DNA of 64,000 bases from Klebsormidium nitens (taxonomy: Eukaryota > Plantae > Klebsormidiophyceae). The stretch lies in the NCBI GenBank assembly GCA_000708835.1, contig DF237189.1, positions 66,686 to 130,685 on the forward strand, read 5' to 3'. Shown here in pieces: positions 24,572 to 37,000 of this stretch. Numbering within the stretch: position 1 is the stretch's first letter; the number at the start of each line of letters is the position of its first letter. Both the position numbers and the translations under genes were made by a program. The notes under the pieces are model-generated. The model was not told the origin of the DNA. It searched no databases and saw only the letters and a program-made list of their open reading frames with translations.

Positions 24572-27500
24572 ATGAGAACTTCTTTTTTGAAGTTTTGCTT
24601 TCTGGTGAAAGTCAGTCCAGGTCTGCCACTGAGCTTTCACGAGAAACAGAGATTGCTTGAGCTGCTCTGCTCCGCAGGGTGTGAGTGTGAACAGGATTCA
24701 CCGAGTCTGCACGGAAGGATGCTGCCATTTAGAGACAGACCGCAACAGCATATGGGATGTGAAGCAAACTCATACAACAAAACCGCGTGTTTTCGTTTCA
24801 GCAACGCTCTCACTTGGCTCTCCAAAGAGGTGTTATCTGATATGCATTGTTCTTGTCCTCCTCTTGCAGACCATGCACATCAACTTCAATTCAATCAATT
24901 TGCACCTTGGAAAGCTGGAACCAGCCGAAGAAACGGGCGCCATAGACGCCCCTGGACTAGGTGCAGTACAGCCAATGATGGACAGTCTAGCAACGGCCCG
25001 TCGCTCTTCTCCCTTGCTGCAAAGGGACTGCTTGTACAACCGTTGAGCCTGGAAGAGCAGGTTGCATTAGAAAAGCAATCCGAAGAAAGCCGGCAGCCTG
25101 CGGATACGCATTCTAGTTCTGTTCCCCTGTCTGGCTTGGTCAAAGGGCGGGTCCTAAGTTTGGCTGAGCAAGTGGAACTAGAGCATACTGCTGGCAACAC
25201 GGAATCTGCAACACCTGGAGAGGCGCCAAGAAATGGGAAAGCAGGGACCGCTTTCGGACTTGGGGCTATTGAGGCTCCTGAGAGGCCAGGAGACGGGAAC
25301 TCAAAGGATGCGGAAAGCAGCGGGCAGCTTTCTCTTTCTGAAGTTGCGACGGGGTTCGGGGGCCGTGCGTTGAGCTTAGAGGAGCAAGTCGAGTTGGAAC
25401 GACAAGCGGAGGAGCAAGGAAACGAAAGCCCCGCGGGGAAGCCTGTGGATAAGGGATGGGAAAGAAACGGGTCGGGAGAGACGGGCAGAGGCGAGGGGGA
25501 CGGCCGAACTTTACAGCCGTTCGATGAGAGGCAAGTAGAAATCGAGGCGGCCTTGGGAAAGAAGTTGCAGGAAGTGTTGAGGGAAGAGGGATCGCTGCAG
25601 CAGAGGCCGGACGACCGGGTTGGTCCAAATGGAGAAGCGTCCGGGAAATTAGAGGACCTTGAAATCGGAAGGGGTGTCCTTAGCACAGGTGGCGCTAGTG
25701 AAGCCAAAAGTGGCTCAAGTCCGCCCCCGTTGGAGGTGTCGCTTGCCGTGGTAGATTCCTCCCAGGCGGAGCATGCTCTTGCGACGCTTCGGGCGCAGGT
25801 GTTCTACACGTATCCAGACGTTGGAAAAATGACAGCGGCGCAGAAAGTGACGGCGAGGTCCGAGTTCCGGATGAAGCTCAAGGAGAACATGCAGGAGGAG
25901 AAGGGGATGGTGAGCTCAGCCTCTGATCATCAGCCTTCAAATCATCGAGCAAACCATCCTTTTTGAAGTACTTTTCTCTTCTCAACCTCGGTCTGAGAAC
26001 TCAGTCGTCCTCGAGCGTCCTACTTCTTGGCTGCGGTGCATGGAACAGAAACAAGAACCGCAGGCTGCAAATTGTTTGCAAATCTGCTCGAAGTTTTTGC
26101 ACAAGGTGGATCGAACTTTCACGGCTTGGGATCTTCCGTCCTATGTCGCACTCCCTTCAACGCGAGCCGACACCCAAGCTCAGCGGGGTCTCAATTCCAT
26201 AAAAGATTGGAAAGCGATTTGATGACGAGACCCGAAAAATCTGCCGCAAAGCTCGTACCTTTTGCCTCTGACCTCAGGAACAATGCCCATTTGAAGTTGC
26301 CGTTTGCACAGTCGAGGGGCCCTTCGATCTCGTGAAGGATCAACCAGACTTTTCCTTAGGCGTTTTCAGAAAGGGCCCATTTCCGTTGAGAGTGTCTTTG
26401 TGAGCACCTCGGCAAGGGGCTCGTGTAGTCTCCCAGATCCCTATACTGCGGCTCTTTGGCAGACCCCTCCGATTTTGTCTCTTATAACTGAAGAATGCGA
26501 TGAGTTGACCTTCTCAATGACAGCGTCCGAGTATCTGACGACCTTCCCGAGCCGCTACGAAGCAGCCCAGATTCGTTTATATTTCTTCAAACCTCCTATT
26601 TTACATCCGCAAAGAAACTGGGTACATCGAATATCCGTCCAGAACAATGCTGTCATCTCGAGCCTTCCCAAGCATCCCTGCAAACATCTCCCAAACTTAA
26701 CCGCAGATGGTTCCAAGCCCTCCTTACCCCTGAAATCTCTCTTAAACCTGTCCGTTATCTTTCGTAACCCTCTCCATAACCACCTTTTGCCAGATCGACT
26801 TTTTCCGGGCGGTGAAGCGGCCCGAGCACGCGGTGCTCGCGCTGTGCGACCTTCCGTACTACCAGTCTCTTCTGTCCGAACAGAGTGCGCCAGGCCAAGC
26901 GTCCGAACCGGACCCCTTCCGTGACGTCATCCTGCGGCCCGCAACTCTCAAGCGGAGAGAGACGGTCACGGACGGCCTGGGCAGCTTCGAGGTGGAGCAC
27001 GAGATGGCCGTCATCGCCACTTTCGCGCTTCAGGTGAGTCGCAAACCCTGGGTTAACAGAGGGGTTAAGGATTCTGTGCTTCACCGATGATGCGTTTGAC
27101 ACGAAGTTGCAGGCTGTAATTTGTATCCTGCACAAGCGTCACTCGTAGTTGGGCCGACGTGACGTTTCTGAAACGCGGGCAGAAGGCGTATTTCAATCAA
27201 AAGTGATCTGCGGTTAAAGCCAACCCGTCAATTTGTTGCGGCCGCGACCGGGAGTACAAAAGATTGGACGGAAATCGGACGTGCGAGACTCCGCGTCGAT
27301 CGCTTCTGGTTGCTTTGTTGTTGGTAGCAACCTAGCCGGGTTTATGCACTGGGTCCTCTTGTGAGGAGTCTAAGCCCTGGCTTTCACGTTGTCTGCCTCC
27401 GCATGATCTAGGCTCTAACAATTTATGGAATTCGCGTGGTATCGAAGACCTAAGCAGGAAATCCTGCTCTATCAATCAGCCTCTCCTAGAGGTCCGTCTT

Positions 27501-27859
27501 TTTTTTGACCCTCCGAAATCGACACTTTGCAGGTAGGATCAAAGCTGTCCGGCCAAAACCTGGTCGGGGCAAAGCCGCTCGAGGTCCCGCTTCAACGGAA
27601 GGAACGAGGGTACCTGTACAGCGTTTGCGTGTTGCCCACTTTACAGCGGAGGGGCTTGGGGCGTTACCTCGTGGAAGAGGCGAAATCTCGAGCGAGAGAG
27701 ATGGGTATTAAGCACCTCTATGTGCATGTTGAGCTTTCAAACGAAAGAGCAGAAAAGCTCTACAAAGAGACAGGGTTTGTGACGGAGCAAGTTGAGACGG
27801 AGGAGCTTGCGAGGAATCTCAAGCGGCCGAGACGACAGATGCTTTGGTGCGAGCTCTGA
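24572..27859 (+). CDS. Plastid-type GNAT acetyltransferase with long acidic N-terminal extension; exons ~24572-25909, 26794-27033, 27533-27859 (start codon uncertain)
   Basis: Acetyl-CoA motif YLYSVCVLPTLQRRGLGRYL, then LYVHVELSNERAEKLYKETGF and a C-terminal ARNLKRPRRQMLW that recalls Arabidopsis At4g28030-type plastid GNATs. All junctions are phase 0. Confidence 0.85.
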
Positions 27860-28947
27860 TCAATGTAGCTATGCTGGTCAGTTGCCGGACTGGACATTGT
27901 TCAGGTTCGTCGAAACTTCTGGTCGAATACGCAGTGCGAACGATGGGGCGGTCCCCGTACACGAGTTGCAAAATCATGAGCAGACTCACCTGGCCTGCAA
28001 TTGACGAGAATTGCACTGCTACAGCCATCTTCAAACACATACGAAGATCCTACTACTTTTTCCAAACCAATGGACTTAATGACTAAAGCACGTCTGACGA
28101 CCCTGTCCGCGGCGGCTGCCATTTCGATCGCCAAAATGATATCGACTCAGGCTCGCGACGATCATGTGAGCCAGGCATTGATTGCAGCCGCATGCACATT
28201 AGCATGCTTGAATGTTGCCATATTGCACATATATATCGATCTGCATGCATGAGAGATACATATAGGCACAATGTTCACTTATATGAAGTAAGTTCCGGCC
28301 TGCAGCATGCTGCTTATAAACGGCCGGCGTTAAGAATTTGCATGTACATACGGTCGGATGGACTAGCTCTGGAACAATTTCATGCATACCGTCTGTGACC
28401 ATGGTCCGTGCATGATTCGACAGTACACTATAGAGATTAATTAAAAAAGCGTGCAAGCGCCGCTGCGCAGCCGGTTTCAGAGACTTTGTGCATGGCGATT
28501 CCGCTTGTGAGTCGGACATGTACAACTCTAAAAGTTGCTTTTGGTATGTCAGTGTGGGGTCACGTCCAGAGTTATGTTCTTGTCCATGCAGACAGACAAT
28601 TCGAGTAAGACTTGAAGGACATCTTAGTCATGGTCCGACACATCTTTGTTCCAACCTTTTTCAGACTCCTCAAATCCCAAGTTTTGAACCTAGAGCGGTG
28701 ACGGCGTGGCCCCCTTGACTAGGCGCGCTGCGAGTGACTTCTTACCCAACTCTTCTATAGATTGTCAACGTTTCTACTGCGTGCTTGATCTCGTGCAAGA
28801 GCGGGATTCACTGACTTCAAAGCAAACCTGATTGTCGAGCTTTTTGGGGGCAATTCAGTATCTGACAAGAGCGTACACGGATTATAAGAAGTGCCCGTGA
28901 CTGAGAAAGACAAAAAGCTACAACCAAACAATGTTAGCTCTCTAAAG

Positions 28948-31900
28948 TCAAGGTAAGATGTCTCGGAATGGTTCTCGGCCAGGCTCAATGACACTCGTCG
29001 ATGACGAATCAAACAAACACAAAGGCGGGTCCGCCAGATAGCTGTTGAAGCTCCCCGTTTGCGCCATATACCCGATTAGCAGGTTGTCAAAGTACTGGTA
29101 GTTGAGCTGTCGCTCCGAGGCTTTCAGCACCTGACCAGACGAAGTTGACGGGTGAGAACAAAGAGTTTGCACTAAACGTATTTGGCTACTCCAAAGACGT
29201 CTTTCTCTTTCGTCCGTTGAACTTTCCGCCAGCCAGAAGCAGTATGGTCAGTCGCCAAAACCCCAATCGGCGCAAGGTAAAATCCCACAGAAAGCCATCC
29301 GAACATGTCCGATTGCAGACATCCGCACCGCAATTATCGAGTGAAAACGCTCCAAGGACAAACCATCCTCTTCTACTTGTGGAAATCCAACCTGGTTTTC
29401 AAACCCTTGGTCCAAATCACGAACAACCACGCAATGATGACAGTGGATAGGCAGCTACATCACCTTCATGTGACGGAAAACTAGTATCGAATAGGGAAGC
29501 CATCGAAGACTTGTAGCTCCAAAGACCACCTTCAGGGCCGCCAAACCACCAATTGCCCACAACCAGAACCTCTCGTTGACTCTGTGAAAAGACGACCCAA
29601 TTCGTCCAAGTAGACCCTCCATAGTATCGTAGGTTTCCACAAACCCCCAAGTCCAAAAGTCAACCCGAAAACAGCGTTGCCCGTTGCACTGGGAATCCCT
29701 CCCCGCGACTTGCAGATCCTACGAGCTGCCCAAACATTGAAGACCCATTCTAGAAGATCGAATGCATCACCCGCAGAGTTACCCGTCGATATGGCCGCCC
29801 AATTGATGATGACGCAGAGCATGCAACCCCAAATGTTGAAACCGCCCAAACCCAGATTCTGCAGATCCGCAAAAGCCAACCCTAAAACATGCAGAACCGT
29901 CCTGACCTTACCACGGCCTCCCGTTCTGGGAGGAGGCCGAGCATACTGCTGTGGATCTTGCTCTGATTCGAAAACCTAGACTCGGGAATCTGTATATGCA
30001 AAAAACATACCTTGATTGCGGCCGCCGGGTTGATGACGACGCAGACCGTGCAGACGAAAATGCTGAACCGCCCAAATTTTAAAAGTCAATCAAGATAACC
30101 GTAACATACAAACCTACCTTAACCGCAGCCGCCCGGTTGATGATAACGCAGAGCGTGCAGCTGCCTGTCTTGAGGACCCTGACCCCCTCCCCGACGAACT
30201 GGCCCAGCGTCTGGCCGTGCTTGCGCATCGAGCACGCGTTGAGCGCAAAGAGGTCCCAGTCCACCGGCAGCTGCGCCATCGTTGCGTTTCAGCCGCTGCA
30301 GCAGGTCGCTGTGGAACGGAGTGAGGGGAATGAGGAGCGGAACGGAACAAAGGCAGATGGCATGAAGCGGCGAGAAACGTGGCAGCTAACGGCACTCAGC
30401 TCTGTCGGATAGTCGGTACGAAAGTGGTTTGGGACTCTTTGACAAAGTGGGAGCTCTCAGAAATCGGCTGAGATGTACCGTAACTAACATGGCCGTTGGA
30501 ACGCTGCGGTCTTGAGAAAAAAGAAGGGTACGGAAGCAGTGGCAGGCGGCTGGTTTTGATCAGTATCAGACGAGTTTTCGATGATCGGTGCGAGGTTTAG
30601 AAAGACAAGGCGGAAGTATCCAACGATCCGCCCACCTAGAAGGCTGCGATATCGACAAAGATAGTGCCGAACGAAGAAACTTTGGTGGCGATATCCGCTT
30701 GCTTGAGGGCTTATCAATTCGGTCCAACTCGTTGCCCTAAGCCCGTTGCAATCATCCTCTTTGATATATTATCGACCCTTTCGCTCGTAATTACAGCTGA
30801 CCTTGCCGCATCAGTCAAGGTGGGCCAGTCACAACTCGGTCAACGGTTCCGATTCTGCTGAGCCTCTAAATGGAGAAAGGGCGACAGTGCTCACTTCGAA
30901 CAGTGTGGTACGTGTCATCTATGCTTCAGGAATAAATACAAACCCGGCAAAGCACGACAAGATCCAACGGTGGCTGGCCAACAGAAGTAAATCGAAACAC
31001 CGAGAGAAACCCAGGAGAAGTACACGTTCTGAATTAGCGCGAGCGAGAAAAAGGGACAGACGAAAGAGGAGGCGAAACCACCGAGTCGAAAGACGGCTTC
31101 TCAAGAAAGTGCCGACCAAGAGAGACCAAGGGAGATCGGGGTAAAAGGCGGCCAAGAGGCAAGATCTAGAGACGCGGACCTTGCGGCAGCACGAAGTCGT
31201 CCTCCATTATCATCGCAATCGGCACGTTGTCCGCGAGCATCCGGTGCAGCAGCCGCAGGTTCGTGACGTCAGTCGCAATCTTCTTGCGCTGGAAAGGCGT
31301 TCCGCCCTCGTAAGCGCGCCCGCTGCTCAGAAACCATTGCAGCTGCGGACGGGTCGGAGATTGCGGACGTTTGGATCGGGTCCAAAGGTGGCCGACGTTA
31401 TATTGGTTTAGTGATGCGTGAGAAAAGGGATGTGATATGGGTGGAAAAAGGAAGTAAGGCACGGCTCAAGTTAGTTCAAGAGAGTAGGGAGCTGAATTGA
31501 CGAAAAGAACTAGGTATATCAAGTGCAAGCTGAAAAGGAAGGTAGTAGCCCCAAACGGAGTCCCCCGGGCTGAGGAACGGAGCAGCGCAGGGCCGAAAAG
31601 ATAGACCGACAGTGGGTCTGTGAACGATGCCATGAGAAACGAGTACCAATTGCCTCCTCCTATGGTGCATCGGCTCCCCCTCAGATGCATCTGCGTCCTG
31701 CCACCGGCCGACCAGAAGGAATGACCGATTGCAAGTACCCATCGATACAGAAGCCCCATTGACAGAAAACGACACAACTTCTTAACTTGTGTTTTAACTT
31801 GTGTTTGTCCTCGCAGAGGATTTCCAAAACAACGTCAACCCAACCACACTCCGTCGACTCAAGTCCTCACCGCAGCACAACCTTTCCAACCTTCTCAAAT

Positions 31901-33301
31901 TAAAAGGCCTCACCTCTTCTGGAGGTATCTCCTCCCGCATCCCATCAATCGCATCGACAAACGAGTAGTTCAACCTCTGCCCCGCCATCTGCCGCCGCAC
32001 TTTCTCCCGCCGCTCATTTGGGCTTTTCAGCGAGACGACCCACGCAGGCATCCGCTCTAGTTCTTGCGGATCCCGCACATTCCCGTAGCGCTCCATTTTG
32101 GCCTTTGCGGCCATCAGCGCGTTCCACCGGACCAACTGGATCCCCTCCCTGGAAAGTAGAATGGTAAAAATCCGAAATCGGGATCGGGATCTCACAATTC
32201 CGGACTTGGAACACTCAAGCTTGCGCGGGTGGCCGCTTTCGAGCTGGGCACAGAGTTGCCTTACAAACATCTAGTTCTATAAAAAACAATCTGCTGATGG
32301 CTCATTGGGACCTCACCCATTCATGGGGAGTACCCTTGCAATAGCCCAACCCATAGTGGCCGTACTTCCTTTACTGATGGGGGCAATACTTATTAAAGGA
32401 CAGCAATCTCAGCGTAATGAACAGCACAGAGAGGGTCAACAAGGGATGCTCAGCATCATAAACCTCCTCAACGGCAGCTATGTTATTTGTCTGAAAAAGT
32501 GGGGAATGTGGACTAAATGATCAAATCTCAGCCCAAACCCAAACTCTGGCAGGTGCTATGCTTTCCACATTGTTGACCATTGACGTACGAGGCACCCCCT
32601 TACATTTGAACCGCAACCGGTGCCTTTTAGAAACTGACAAATCTGGTATAGAAGGGCGAACAAGGAGCAGCAAGCGGATGCACTAGGCCCAAACTCGCCA
32701 TACACTCGCTACAACTTGGAATCTCAGAGTGCCTGACATTCACTCTGCTTCTCAGCTCCATTCTCACTTTGCAACGCCACAGGATCCGCTACTGATTGGT
32801 TTTACTGCAGGGGCGCCATATCACAGCTGCTTCTAAAATGGTGGTCAAACTTCACCGCCAAAAACTTATGCAGAGACCTTACAAAGCTACACATAGATTC
32901 ATTGTGACGGCTTGCTCAAAAGCCTGCAAACAAACTATTCAGACATACGTTTCAGTATGTAAAGCATCGCCTCACCTAATCTTTGTGTACCCTGGCCGAT
33001 GCATGTCCTCCAAGAAGAGGCCAACCGACGTCACGAACAACAATGCAGCGCACAACCATGGAATCATCCTGACGACCCTCTCCCGCAGCAAACTTTGCGC
33101 CACCCTTCGACAGCACCTCCCCTTTCGAGACTTGCCGCGCTCGGCGAAGGCACCCCTCGGCTTTGCATCCTCAAGCTCGGTTTCCATTGGAACGACAAGG
33201 AACGTCGCCTCTGCTAGGAATGTTTGAAGGGGACACTCGGGGCGGTCTCTCTCCGGGCTCGTGCTCTTATCGCAGGTGCGGGGCCCCGCTCGTTGAGACA
33301 T
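28948..33301 (-). CDS. GT25-family glycosyltransferase, type II membrane protein (apparent 1-nt frameshift near 30288)
   Basis: Transmembrane anchor VVRMIPWLCAALLFVTSVGLFL (~33070-33010), then WVVSLKSPNERREKVRRQMAGQRLNYSFVDAIDG, AMIMEDDF, LPVDWDLFAL and CVIINRAAAVKVL...YFDNLL...YLADPPL. These follow the GT25 motif order. Confidence 0.75.
29783..30165 (-). repeat. Three copies of a GT25 exon 3' end plus splice donor
   Basis: TGCACGCTCTGCGTTATCATCAACCGGGCGGCTGCGGTTAAG|gtaggt (functional, exon ends 30118), TGCACGGTCTGCGTCGTCATCAACCCGGCGGCCGCAATCAAG|gtatgt (30011) and TGCATGCTCTGCGTCATCATCAATTGGGCGGCCATATCGACGG|gtaact (29783). Confidence 0.85.
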
Positions 33302-33764
33302 TGCTGGGCGAGTGGCAGGAGTGGGGTCCAACGCGGCCACCGTACATCTTTTCCAGCGTGACCGTTTGCTAGAGGGCTCTACAAACAAAGTCCAGAAACA
33401 TCGTTTCAGAGGAACTCAGGAAGAGAACTCCAGGCTAAACCCTGCATGAGGCTGTGGGACTAGGGCTAAACCCCATGACGGAGAAGCTAAAACCCTAAAT
33501 CTGAGGTATTCTATGGCCAAAGCTAAAAAGTGGCGGGAAATCAAGGGGAATGCAGTCACGCCTGAGTGGCAGCCCACATGATGATCATCATGTTGGCCAA
33601 ACGTTTGCATGGTGGGCCGTGGCACTGCATGCTAGTGGAGCTACACGAGTAGGTAGCCTTTCTGTAGAGGCGCATCCGTCTTCTGGGCTCCACGCTGATC
33701 CACGAGAAGCCAAGGGGCGGATCAGGTTGGGGCCTTGAATTAGTGGGCGGTGTATTTTGGCGGG

Positions 33765-34079
33765 ATGTCGACGGCGGCGGGTTTGGCGAACCAAGGGGAA
33801 GAGATCGACTCCACAGACCCCGCCGGTCACTCTGCAAAAGAGGAGGGACTCGCGCTCACGGTGAAACATACCGACGGGACCGACCTCGTGTTCCGGGTGC
33901 GGGCAAGCACCAAGTTTGGGAAGCTCATGGAGGCATACGCAAATAGAAAAGGCCTCAAGTTGGCGTCGCTCAAGTTTTATTACGACGAGAAGCAGCTGAC
34001 AAAGAACCAGACGCCGTCGAGCTTGAAGATGAAAAGCGGGGCGATGATTGACGCCACATCGAAAGTGGGAGGGGGATGA
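33765..34079 (+). CDS. Divergent intronless SUMO-like (Rad60-SLD) ubiquitin-fold protein, 104 aa, ending in GGG
   Basis: LTVKHTDGTDLVFRVRASTKFGKLMEAYANRKG...LKFYYD...QTPSSLKM...IDA aligns by eye to the SUMO core, and a terminal Gly-Gly is exposed. Confidence 0.85.
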   Translation: MSTAAGLANQGEEIDSTDPAGHSAKEEGLALTVKHTDGTDLVFRVRASTKFGKLMEAYANRKGLKLASLKFYYDEKQLTKNQTPSSLKMKSGAMIDATSKVGGG

Positions 34080-37000
34080 CGGTGAGGTGCTGTGGTGTTT
34101 GACGCTCGTTCTTCAGCAGTGCTGATTTGGTGGATCTGTTTCATGTCCGGGGAAGGAATGTGGGCGATTCATCCCGTCTGTTTGCGCTGTCGCCGCTGGG
34201 TAAAGTATAGGCTCAGATCCATGCCACTACCAAACCGAAGGTGGGAGCTGGTGCATCACTCTGTCTGCTTGTCTCTTTGTCCTAAGGAGTGGGTAAAACT
34301 CAGCGTCGCATCAAGGCCACATTTGGACTGAAGAAAGGATCATGGTGGAGGCCAATGCATTTCTTCTCTCGGCTTCTTTCTTTTTGTCAGTGGCTGGGTA
34401 GATTTTGATGCTCATCAATGCCACAGTCAAGTCTCGCAAGGATGAAGGTGGGGGCAGGTGCGGTGCTTTGCCGCCGTCTGTTGCCCGTGTGACTGGGGTC
34501 TTGGGGCTCAGTGTGGTCTAGCATACTTCACGAAGTGGTGGCAAGGTCGGCTCTTTTCCAATGTGGGCTCTTGTGGGCTCCCCTCTGATGCTTTTCACGC
34601 CCACATTGGTGGCTGCCTTCAGGAACTGGAGACCATACGTCTTAAAACTTGTGCACGGGTAATGCACAGCCCTCCTAGTGCCTTCTGAACGAGCTGAAGC
34701 TTTCAAAACAAGAACACGCGGTTGCACAATCTGTGCGTCACAGTCTGGGAAAATATCGTGGGCTCTTGAAGCCTGTCTTTAGGGAGCCCACTTAGATGAG
34801 CGACGCTTGAGTACTGACGATTGATTGCCTTGAGGTTTTCAGAGGGAGGCGATTCCCAGTGGAAATTTCAATGAGCATTGTCAATCAAAGGGTGGCGCTG
34901 GTTACTGAATCCTCAGAATATTCAATGTTGTCGTTGAGCTGGATGGTGTTGTCTTCAGTGCGACATTGAACGTCCAAAAGTCTGGGACCTTCTCGAGCCG
35001 CCAGTAAGGATCCGGCCATACTGTCGCCCCTTGTTCTTCTGATCAGTCAGCTGCCCGTGTGTCTTGCTCCTTTCTGTTCTCAAACGGAGAAAGTTACTGT
35101 CTCAGCTTGAAGGGGTGATGATGTTCAAACTCAAATGCATGCAAAAATGTTTCACAGAGTCACACTACGGAGTCACCGGCCACTCTGTCACAAGACATGG
35201 ACCGCTTCTGACATTACAGATGCGAGGCAACCGAAACAATATCCAGTACACCACTTACCTTCGGTTTGCTAGCCCGCGCTTTGCCGGTCTGGGACTCACT
35301 GTCCTGCCGAGTGTGTCAGCACTAATTTGCAAGAAACTGGCAAAGCATATGTCCCTTGGAAGGTCATCGATTGTTGCATCCATTCTCTGTCACAGAACCT
35401 CTTTTCTGATTGTGGCTGCAACATACCCCTCATAACTCTGCCTGGTTGCGAGGATACTACTCCCAAGGTTTTACTTTGTCCACATAGTGCATTCAAAAAT
35501 CCCGTTTGGATTTCATTTCTTGCACGAAGGGGGTGGCCCATATCATTGTCCCTCGCCGCTCTTTTCGCCTGGATAGTTTATTGCTTTCAGAACATCGAGA
35601 AAGTTTCCAAACTGTCGGAATATCTTTTCGACCAGGCTCTGCGTTTCCAGCCTTGTGGCCATGGGTGAACACCTGGATGCTACCATTCCTTGCATATAGG
35701 TGACTGGTCTCTCCCTTGTTGCTTGGAATATGCGTAGCGCGATGGGCCTCTGGCATCTGTAAGGCAATCTGCTTCTTCAATGGAGATCTACGTTTCTCGG
35801 ACCACATGCTTACTTCACAGAGTCTGCGTTTCCCGGCGCACAAAAGGTTCTCAAAGCCGGATCGCTCTTGGCTTGAAGTGAAATGTTCATATCTGGCAGA
35901 GTTTTTCTGCTCGCGTTTTGTGTTCGTGCTGTCTCTCGTGACGGACTCAAAAGGCTGCTCACGGTCCTGCTTTGCCTGTCTCTCAAGCGAACTTGACCGT
36001 AGCTCAGCATAAGCGGCACGGAAGGAATGGAGGCAGTCGTCTGAGCTACTCTTTTAGAAGGTTTTCTATTAGATAATCGGTTCTGTCAGCTTTGTGGGCT
36101 CGATCGGATGTGACGTTCTGAAAGCGATCAACTGCAAGCGCAAAAAGAGAGGAATGTTGATCCTTGCGACATCACAGACTCGACCGCAGTTTCGATGCCG
36201 GTCAGCAGATCTGGGTGCGTTTGGTAAGCAGAGGTATCGCTGTCACAAAGAACGCACATCGTTGGGTACGAATCCGGCTTGCTGTCCGTTCTTTTGAACT
36301 TTTGTCGGCTGTCAAAATTTAGAATGTCTCCGCCTCTCGTGTTTCACAGCCTCTCGTCTTTCACAACCTTGAGGAGCTTCCACAAAGCAAATGACTTTTT
36401 TGGCTTTGGTGGGCGGAAAAGCTTCCAGGCCACTCCAGGACATGGGTTGCTTGTCGTCCAGATGCTTCTTTGCATGCCAATCGAAGACCGCAGGTTGGTT
36501 CCCCGCAGGCGAATCTGTCTCACAACGACATTCTGTCCCTGTAAAAGGACTGCTGTTGGCAGGGGCACTTGCTACCCGCCCTTTCACCAAGGCTCTTTCG
36601 AAAGTAACATCGTGCTTTCTTATCACTTTCTCACAAGAGCTTAAAGGACGACTCCTTGGTTGCGCAGATTCGTGCGGCGAGCCTGTCACCAACTAATTGG
36701 GGCTGCCAAGATGGGGCAGCCGAGCAGACTCCCAGCTTCATCCAGGCGGCCCCGTTCCCTCCAGCTTCGTAACATCCCCGGCCTCCATAGTGATTGACGA
36801 CGTGGGCAGCTCTGTCTAGATTAGCGTAGCCCAAGCACTTGATTTGTGCCGAGCCTATTGTTTCCTAGAGGTAAATCTGCAGCCAAGCAACGCGATGATT
36901 GAGAGATGGCTGCGTAAGAGAACCTGAAATGTGAGCTACCCAGTGTTGAAGCGGACGTTCAACTGGCGCTCCGACCATGTCCGGTCAGAAAGTATGAGCT

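Noticed and set aside
24895-25707. 270-aa minus-strand ORF
   Set aside because: Ser/Pro-rich antisense shadow of the GNAT first exon.
30803-31144. Very basic Arg/Lys-rich ORF resembling a protamine or ribosomal protein
   Set aside because: It is the antisense reading of a pyrimidine-rich GT25 intron.
33430-33500. AAACCCT telomere/telo-box-like motifs
   Set aside because: Only scattered single motifs, not an array. At most a telo-box in the GT25/SUMO promoter.
34090-37000. Several 70-126 aa ORFs that might form a gene
   Set aside because: I could not build a phase-consistent exon chain or recognise a domain. Left unannotated rather than called non-coding.
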